From an uncultured Ignavibacteriales bacterium (GTDB taxonomy: Bacteria; Zixibacteria; MSB-5A5; GN15; JAAZOE01), in the NCBI GenBank assembly GCA_964611355.1, contig CAZSYD010000009.1:1-64000 (forward strand): DNA of 64,000 bases, written 5' to 3'. Under the pieces are notes generated by a model. It was not told the origin of the DNA and ran no database searches. It saw only the letters and a program-made list of their open reading frames with translations. The position numbers and the translations under genes were made by a program. Each line of letters starts with the position of its first letter. Within the stretch, counting starts at the first letter, position 1. Shown here one piece after another: positions 57,672-64,000 of this stretch.

Positions 57672-59345
57672 GTGGTTAGTGTGACGGCAAATGTCATTCT
57701 TGGCGTTCTGGTGGTTATTCTGGGGTGGCTTTTAATTTCCCGGCATCGCCAGCTGAAAAAAGTCAATCCGATATCCAATCTCGATCAGGTGCTGGCAAAT
57801 CTCCAGGCAAACCTGGCTACCAACCGCGCCGAGGGCAAAATCCAGAAAGTGGCCGGTGAACTGTCTGATATTTTAATCAACAACCTTCAATCCGACAGGA
57901 TTCTTTTTTTCCGCAGGCAGCGCCGTTTTATGGAAATGAACTACGTTTACGGCCTTAGAAATATCCAGCGTTCCCAATATCGGATAAAACTGTCCAGTGA
58001 GCTGGCCAAAAAACTTACCGCCGCAAACCTGATTCATCATCCCGACGAGTTCGAGACTCTTTTGAGTGAAGAACTCCGCGGATTGCTAAAGCGGGAGCAA
58101 TTTAACATCGTTTTTCCGATATTTTGGCTGGACAATCTATTTGGGGTCTATTTTATCCGCACCAGGCTATCTGTCGATCATCCGCTGATTAAGACGTTTT
58201 TCCTTTACCTCAATCAAAACCTGTCGGCGGCTTATCAGATAAAGAGGCTGGAGTCAACCCGCCAGGTGCTGGAACAAAAAATCGAAAATGATCGCAGGAT
58301 CATTGAGCAACTCGAAGAAAACCGGGAACGGATTGCCGAGATTGATGAAAACCCCGGACACCTGATAGAAATGTTTAATCATAGAAAAATCGAAGATTTG
58401 ATGACCGGTCTTTTCAGTAAGGTTAAGGCTGGATTGAAGGCCGACAGGCTTGCTTTCTATTCGCCGCCGGCACGCGAGGGGCGCGATGATCTGAAATTCA
58501 CCCTGGGATTTGATCGGGACGGATTCAAACTCAATGGGGCGGAGTTTTCCAGGATATTCGGCGAGTTAAAGAAGCATAATCTTAGTGTTTATGATGCGGA
58601 ACGATTGCCGGAACTGTTGGGGACGGATGTTCTTAAAGAGAGCATGAATCAGTTGAAACTAAACAACGTTTCGGAATTCTCCCTTGCCGAAGATAAGCCG
58701 GGGCTGCTTTTCTGGTCGGGCAGAAGCGGAAATGTCGAGGGCGGAAAGCGCCTTTTGGACCGGTTGGAGAAGGTAGGCCGGAGGGCTCTGAAAAACGCCG
58801 TCGAATTTGAACGGCTGGAAGAGAAATCGTATACGGACAGCCTGACGGGGTTATATAATCACCGGTATTTTATAAAGCGACTCAGTGAGGAAATTCAGAG
58901 AGCTTCCCGGTATCGCCGTAGTCTTGGCCTGATGTTATTCGATATTGATGATTTCAAGCTCTACAATGATAAGTTCGGTCATCAATGGGGCGATGAGTTG
59001 CTGCGCCGGATGGGCTCTACTCTTGCGCGATCCTTGAGATCGATCGATATTGTCTCTCGTTACGGTGGAGATGAGTTCTGTATTATTATGCCGGAAGCGG
59101 ATAGATCGACCTGCAGTATTTTCATGGAGCGGCTGCGATATGCCATCGCCGTAACCGATTTTCGCGACCGGGCCGACGGTTTTGAAGGAAAGATTACCAT
59201 CAGCATCGGCAGCAGCATATTTCCCGACGACGCCGACAGCGCCGAAAAACTGATCTATTACGCTGATATGGCTCTTTTGCGTTCCAAGGCTCTGGGGCGC
59301 AACCGAAGTACCTGTTTTGGCCCTGAAATCCTTGAAGAACAGTAG
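57672..59345 (+). CDS. diguanylate cyclase with N-terminal TM and GAF-like regions
   Basis: DSLTGLYN, DIDDFK..ND.FGH, RSID I-site, RYGGDEF. Confidence 0.92.
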   Translation: MVSVTANVILGVLVVILGWLLISRHRQLKKVNPISNLDQVLANLQANLATNRAEGKIQKVAGELSDILINNLQSDRILFFRRQRRFMEMNYVYGLRNIQRSQYRIKLSSELAKKLTAANLIHHPDEFETLLSEELRGLLKREQFNIVFPIFWLDNLFGVYFIRTRLSVDHPLIKTFFLYLNQNLSAAYQIKRLESTRQVLEQKIENDRRIIEQLEENRERIAEIDENPGHLIEMFNHRKIEDLMTGLFSKVKAGLKADRLAFYSPPAREGRDDLKFTLGFDRDGFKLNGAEFSRIFGELKKHNLSVYDAERLPELLGTDVLKESMNQLKLNNVSEFSLAEDKPGLLFWSGRSGNVEGGKRLLDRLEKVGRRALKNAVEFERLEEKSYTDSLTGLYNHRYFIKRLSEEIQRASRYRRSLGLMLFDIDDFKLYNDKFGHQWGDELLRRMGSTLARSLRSIDIVSRYGGDEFCIIMPEADRSTCSIFMERLRYAIAVTDFRDRADGFEGKITISIGSSIFPDDADSAEKLIYYADMALLRSKALGRNRSTCFGPEILEEQ

Positions 59346-59468
59346 ACTCCCGTTTGCGCTGACGACTTAAACGGCATCTCCGTCCTGACGCATAATGTTG
59401 CCTGCCTCGTCAGCCGGTCGGGGAAGCAATTACCCTTGACATAAGATTTGAAAGCGGTTAAATACCTG

Positions 59469-59495
59469 TAAATTAATAATGAACGATGTCGATTT
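59469..59495 (+). promoter_or_regulatory. putative sigma28 promoter; a TTGACA also lies at 59436
   Basis: TAAA-N15-GTCGATTT. Confidence 0.45.
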
Positions 59496-59546
59496 TCTAT
59501 GATGGAAGGCTCTTATATAAAAGGTTAAAATCCTAAGGATATTGGT

Positions 59547-60677
59547 ATGGAAAGCTTTCGCCTAAAGAGCAAAGTCTCGGTAGATGACAAGGAATTCCTG
59601 GTTCAGACTGTCAATGACGCCAGCCAGAAATCGGTGGTTTCGTCGCTTTTCGTTGATGGGAAAATCCTGGAGATATCCCATTATCCCCATGACGAGGAAA
59701 TGACCGACCGGGATGTACTGAAGATTGTTCAAAGCACTCATAACGTGAAGAAATCGGAATTGGAACAGCTTCTTTCGATGCGCCAAAAGGTAACCGGTTC
59801 GGGGGACACCGACCTGATGCTCAACCTGGGAATAACCTTCTATTGCAAACGGATCTATGATGAGGCTCGTGAATTATTTGCCGCCATTCTGGAGATAAAG
59901 TCGGATCATCATCAGGCGGCCAATTATCTGGGCCTGGTCTGCCTGGAACAGGGCGATTTTGAGGAGGCGCTTAAAGGGTTGTCTCGGGCGGTGGAGTTAC
60001 GGCCTGCCTATGCGGATTATCACAATAATTACGGTGAGGCGCTTTTGGAGGCTGAGTTTTGCCAGCGGGCCGTTGAAGAGCTGGAAACCGCGTTGAAGCT
60101 CAATACTTATTACGCAGACGCCTATTTTAATCTCGGTATTGCCTATGTTTTCAATGCTATCAAGCGCGAAGATTTTGAAATGTACTCCAACATGCGGGAG
60201 AAGACTGCCGATCTTTTTGACCGGGCCGCCTTAATTTCGCCCGAGTTCAAAACGGTTCAATACGATGAAGCGCGGGAAGTGTTCCGACTGAATGACCTGC
60301 CGCGGGCTTTGAACCTGTTTAAGGCCGTTCGCGGCGGCAAGAAAGAATTAAGCCGACAGCGATTCTCCGGTTTTTACATCGGTTTTCTGCTTTATTCGGA
60401 TTGGGTAAATGAGAAGGTGGTAGAGGACAGGATCCGGTTCCTGAAAGAGAGAATCGCCGTAAATCCAAATTATGTTGACCTGCGCCAGGAACTGGCTTTT
60501 TGCCACCTTCATCAGGCCCGGCTTAACTGGAAAAAAGCAATTGATCAATTAAGTGAAGCTTGTGAAATGAATCCGCACCTGAGTAAAGCGGAAAAAAGCC
60601 TTGAATGCGCGGAGGAGTTCACGGAGACAATGAAAGAAGTCGTGGCGGAAATCGTCAAAACCGGGCAGAGTGAATAA
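59547..60677 (+). CDS. TPR protein with an uncharacterised N-terminal domain
   Basis: TPR motifs (YADYHNNYG, YADAYFNLG). Confidence 0.85.
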   Translation: MESFRLKSKVSVDDKEFLVQTVNDASQKSVVSSLFVDGKILEISHYPHDEEMTDRDVLKIVQSTHNVKKSELEQLLSMRQKVTGSGDTDLMLNLGITFYCKRIYDEARELFAAILEIKSDHHQAANYLGLVCLEQGDFEEALKGLSRAVELRPAYADYHNNYGEALLEAEFCQRAVEELETALKLNTYYADAYFNLGIAYVFNAIKREDFEMYSNMREKTADLFDRAALISPEFKTVQYDEAREVFRLNDLPRALNLFKAVRGGKKELSRQRFSGFYIGFLLYSDWVNEKVVEDRIRFLKERIAVNPNYVDLRQELAFCHLHQARLNWKKAIDQLSEACEMNPHLSKAEKSLECAEEFTETMKEVVAEIVKTGQSE

Positions 60678-60683
60678 TATCGA

Positions 60684-61406
60684 TTGGAAACAGGAATGGG
60701 AAAAGGTTCCAAAGGAATAGACTTATCCGATTATTATGATATGGAGTCGCCCTATTCGACCGAATTTCGCCGGCTTCTGCGTAATATTAACGGGTACGAT
60801 CCAAGTCGAGACTTAAAAACTATCCTGGTCACCTCGGCCATGCTGGCTGAAGGTAAATCCACCGTGACTGCTTTTCTGGCGCTTACGGCCGCCCACCATA
60901 GTAAGCACAAGATCCTGCTGGTAGATTGTGACCTGCGTCGACCAACGCTTCACCGGCTGTTCGCGGTGCCCCGCGATAACGGCGTTTCCGAAATCCTGCT
61001 GGAAGAGAAAAAAGTTAAGGATACTATTAAAGAAACCTCGACAAATCTTCTTGATATAATCACCGCCGGTAAGGTGGTTTCCCAACCGACGGCAATGTTT
61101 GATTCGGCTGCCATCAGTAAGCTGCTGGAAGAAGTCCGCTTTTATTACGACTTGATCCTTGTCGATTGCGCCCCGGTTCTGCCGGTTTCCGACCCGATGC
61201 TTCTGGCTTCGGAGATGGACGGGGTGATTCTGGTGGTCAAAGCCGGAACAACTCAGCGCGAGGTGGCCAAGCGAGCGGCCCTGTTGCTTCAGAACGACAA
61301 AACCCGCCTTCTCGGAGTTGTCATTAATAATCTCTCCAATGCCCTGCCGTATTATTACAATGAATCGTATTACGGCTACGAATACGGGCCGCGGGGGAAA
61401 TCATAA
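60684..61406 (+). CDS. CpsD/CapB-family BY tyrosine kinase, cytoplasmic half
   Basis: E.FR.L, EGKST, LLVDCDLRRP, ILVDCAP, Tyr-rich tail YYYNESYYGYEY. Confidence 0.9.
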   Translation: METGMGKGSKGIDLSDYYDMESPYSTEFRRLLRNINGYDPSRDLKTILVTSAMLAEGKSTVTAFLALTAAHHSKHKILLVDCDLRRPTLHRLFAVPRDNGVSEILLEEKKVKDTIKETSTNLLDIITAGKVVSQPTAMFDSAAISKLLEEVRFYYDLILVDCAPVLPVSDPMLLASEMDGVILVVKAGTTQREVAKRAALLLQNDKTRLLGVVINNLSNALPYYYNESYYGYEYGPRGKS

Positions 61407-61416
61407 TTTTCCGGTA

Positions 61417-62256
61417 ATGAAAAATATACTGACGGTTGATCTCGAAGACTGGTTCTCGGTCGAAACCTTTAATACCGTATTTAACCATGACACCTGGGAA
61501 GAACAGAAATCGGTAGTTGAGCATAACACCGAAAAAATCCTGGGGATATTCAGAAATCATCGGGTTAAGGCCACTTTTTTTGTCTTGGGATGGGTGGCTG
61601 ATCATTACCCTGATCTTGTTGCCCGGGTGGCTGAAGAAGGACACGAAATAGCCTGCCACAGTTATTATCACCGCATGGTCTGCTCGCTGACGCCGGAGGA
61701 GTTCAAAAAGGATACAGACATGGCCATCGAAGCTGTTGTCAACGCCTGCGGCCGGGCGCCTTTGGGGTATCGTTCTCCCAGTTGGGGTATGAAAGGCGAT
61801 ATGACCTGGGCCTATGAAATCCTGAAAGAAAAGGGGTTCAGCTATGATTCCTCCATATTTCCGATTCGGCATGACATATACGGCGACCCCGGCGCTCCCC
61901 GCGAAATATACCGTGTAACTCTGCCCTCAGGCGGCTCGATTATGGAGATTCCGGCCTCGACGGTTATGATATTCGGCCGCCGGTTTCCGATCGGCGGGGG
62001 CGGTTGGCTCAGGCAGTTTCCGTATTGGTTTACTCGGTGGGGTATCAGAAGACTTAATCGGGAAGATATTCCGGTCGTTGTTTATTTTCATCCATGGGAG
62101 CTTGATGGCGAAATCCCCCGCGTTAAGCTTGACCTGAAAAACCGCATCCGCCAGTACGGCGGTTTAAATACAATGGGGACCAAAGTCAAAAAGCTGCTTC
62201 GGGATTTTGATTTTATGCCAATTAAGGACTATATTAAGAGCCTCAACTCCCAATAG
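61417..62256 (+). CDS. polysaccharide deacetylase, DUF3473/PEP-CTERM-associated type
   Basis: TVDLEDWF, ATFFVLG, GHEIACHS, GYRSP, YDSS, YFHPWE. Confidence 0.88.
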   Translation: MKNILTVDLEDWFSVETFNTVFNHDTWEEQKSVVEHNTEKILGIFRNHRVKATFFVLGWVADHYPDLVARVAEEGHEIACHSYYHRMVCSLTPEEFKKDTDMAIEAVVNACGRAPLGYRSPSWGMKGDMTWAYEILKEKGFSYDSSIFPIRHDIYGDPGAPREIYRVTLPSGGSIMEIPASTVMIFGRRFPIGGGGWLRQFPYWFTRWGIRRLNREDIPVVVYFHPWELDGEIPRVKLDLKNRIRQYGGLNTMGTKVKKLLRDFDFMPIKDYIKSLNSQ

Positions 62257-62270
62257 GATGATAAGAATAT

Positions 62271-63110
62271 ATGAAGTCAAAAGTTGCTGTAATAAAAACC
62301 TCACCGGAAACGGTTATTGAAGATTATCACCGGTTGCTGGGTTTGGCTAATTACAGGGACGGACTCGATTTCGGTACCGATACCATCTTGAAGTTGAATC
62401 TGTCCTGGACCAAGTATTTCCCGTCATGTTCATCTCAACCGTGGCAGGTGGAAGGGGTCGTCAGGGCTTTGCTGGATGACGGTTTTCCGCCGGAAAGACT
62501 GCTTCCTCTCGAAAATAAAACAGTCGTAACCAATCCGATCAAGGGAGCCAAAAGCAACCTTTGGACGCCGATTTTGAAAAAACATAGTTTGCCCTTTATA
62601 TCTCTTCTGGAGCAGGAATGGATCGTCTATGAATTCAAATCGAAACTTTTAAGATTAAATGAGATATTCCCGGAAGGGATAGAAATCCCGAAGATGTACG
62701 TCGGTAAACAGATTATCCATTTCCCGACGGTTAAAACGCACGGTCATTCGGTGACCACCGGCGCCATCAAGAATGCTTTCGGCGGACTCCTGAAGGAAGT
62801 CCGCCACTATGCTCACAAGTATATCCATGAAGTTCTCGTCGATTTGATGCTGATGCAAAAGGAACTNNNNNNNNNNNNNNNNNNNNNNNNNNNNNNNNNN
62901 NNNNNNNNNNNNNNNNNNNNNNNNNNNNNNNNNNNNNNNNNNNNNNNNNNNNNNNNNNNNNNNNNNCTGGTGGTCTGGGCGCCGTTTGCTTCCAACGTTT
63001 ATCACGATTTATTCTGGTACCCGATTATTGGAAAGTCAATCATTCGCAGGTATAATCGGACCAAATGGGGGAAACTGTTCCGGCGTTACGAGGCCGGGGA
63101 TTTTTCCTGA
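62271..63110 (+). CDS. DUF362-like protein, interrupted by an assembly gap
   Basis: KLNL, PTVKTHGH..TTGAIKNAFG. Frame and length across the gap are unknown. Confidence 0.7.
   Translation: MKSKVAVIKTSPETVIEDYHRLLGLANYRDGLDFGTDTILKLNLSWTKYFPSCSSQPWQVEGVVRALLDDGFPPERLLPLENKTVVTNPIKGAKSNLWTPILKKHSLPFISLLEQEWIVYEFKSKLLRLNEIFPEGIEIPKMYVGKQIIHFPTVKTHGHSVTTGAIKNAFGGLLKEVRHYAHKYIHEVLVDLMLMQKEXXXXXXXXXXXXXXXXXXXXXXXXXXXXXXXXXXLVVWAPFASNVYHDLFWYPIIGKSIIRRYNRTKWGKLFRRYEAGDFS
62867..62966. other. assembly gap (100 N)
   Basis: Run of N. Confidence 1.
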
Positions 63111-63204
63111 TAAATAACAGAGTCAAATCATAAATCATTTGTATTATCAGATTGATTTTGAGTATAACCGGCAACTTTTTGGTTTGCATTTCGTCTGAGA
63201 AAAC

Positions 63205-64000
63205 ATGAGCGACGATTCAACCGCTATAAAAATATCCGATCTGTCAAAACGTTATAAGGGCGGTTTTGGCAAACCGGGTGTGCCGGCCTTGTCCGGTGTC
63301 AACTTGCAAGTAAAACACGGTGAAATCTTTGGCCTGCTTGGGCCCAACGGCGCGGGTAAAACGACCCTGATTAAAATCCTCCTGGGAGCACTCCGGCCTA
63401 CATCCGGGACGGCTTCGATAAATGGTTATGACATCAGTAACCGGTGTTCGCGCCGGGAGGCCGGGTTTCTTCCGGAAAATCATCGTTTCCCCCCGTATCT
63501 GACCGGTATGCAGATGCTTTTGACTTTCGGTGGCATGAGCGGTCTGTCTCGTTCGGAAATCAGATCGAAAGCTGACGCTCTGCTGGAAATGGTCAGGATG
63601 TCGAAATGGCGGAACACAAAAATAAAAAAGTACTCCAAGGGGATGATGCAGCGTCTTGGAATGGCCCAGGCGATGCTCAATGACCCGGAGACAGTATTTC
63701 TTGACGAGCCGACCGACGGTGTCGATCCGGTCGGCCGCCATGAAATCCGTACCATCCTGCTTGATTTGAAAAAACTTGGCAAAACCATATTTCTTAATTC
63801 GCATCTTCTCGCCGAAGTGGAAGCGATCTGCGACCGGGTGGCGATTCTTGATAAGGGAAAGCTAATCAGGACCGGTCCTGTTGCTGGTTTGATCGGGGGA
63901 AAGCCGGCTTATAGGGTGGAAACGGTCGCGCTCGATTCTGAAATTACTTCGAGGGTCAAAGAAAACTATTCCCAGGCGACAATCGAAGGCAATACTATTA
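63205..64000 (+). CDS. ABC transporter ATP-binding protein, 3'-truncated by the window, absent from the ORF track
   Basis: Manual translation: GPNGAGKT, YSKGMMQR, FLDEPTDG, NSH. Confidence 0.93.
   Translation, partial: MSDDSTAIKISDLSKRYKGGFGKPGVPALSGVNLQVKHGEIFGLLGPNGAGKTTLIKILLGALRPTSGTASINGYDISNRCSRREAGFLPENHRFPPYLTGMQMLLTFGGMSGLSRSEIRSKADALLEMVRMSKWRNTKIKKYSKGMMQRLGMAQAMLNDPETVFLDEPTDGVDPVGRHEIRTILLDLKKLGKTIFLNSHLLAEVEAICDRVAILDKGKLIRTGPVAGLIGGKPAYRVETVALDSEITSRVKENYSQATIEGNTI

Noticed and set aside
62867..62966. Apparently short or pseudogenised DUF362 gene
   Set aside because: Caused by a 100-N placeholder gap, so nothing biological can be concluded.
678..63804. Numerous minus-strand and alternate-frame ORFs in the track
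   Set aside because: They are shadows of well-supported plus-strand genes, with no recognisable domains.
1..64000. CRISPR arrays, IS elements, prophage or defence systems
   Set aside because: No repeat-spacer arrays, transposases, integrases or phage/defence motifs were seen.

Overview
Bacterial window with all supported genes on the + strand. It looks like a scaffolded genome or MAG (100-N gap at 62867-62966). A PorV-like gene, a T9SS-type C-terminal domain and L/P-ring genes suggest a diderm, FCB-group-like lineage; this is inference only. (1) 0.8-29.9 kb is a flagellar cluster: motAB; flgBC-orf-fliEFGHIJ; a small Cys-rich orf; flgFGAHI-flgJ/SLT; flgN-flgK-csrA-orf-flgL-fliW; a GT2-TPR glycosyltransferase; a 720-aa flagellin; flaG-fliD-fliS-FlgN/FliT-like-flgM-HDOD-Zn-ribbon orf. 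No fliK, flgDE, fliLMNOPQR, flhAB or fliA was recognised here. (2) 30.2-37.7 kb is a six-gene glycan-tailoring locus: TPR-glycosyltransferase, LpxD-like acyltransferase, methyltransferase, deacetylase, AsnB-type amidotransferase, radical SAM/SPASM. (3) 37.9-48.7 kb is housekeeping: tRNA-Val, thrS-infC-rpmI-rplT-pheST, zapB-zapA-rny-YmdB-folD. (4) 49-55 kb holds a ~1450-aa secreted protein with a T9SS/FlgD-type CTD plus a PorV-TPR fusion. (5) 55-64 kb holds a membrane RsbW-kinase/HAMP/PP2C fusion, a diguanylate cyclase, a TPR protein, a BY-kinase, a polysaccharide deacetylase, a DUF362 protein and an ABC ATPase. Non-coding highlights: a readable sigma54/sigma28/CsrA hierarchy; sigma28-like promoters in front of the glycan locus and the distant kinase-phosphatase module; and a long-range RNA helix enclosing the whole zapA ORF that could compete with the RNase Y ribosome-binding site. 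All annotations come from motif recognition by eye; no database searches were run.
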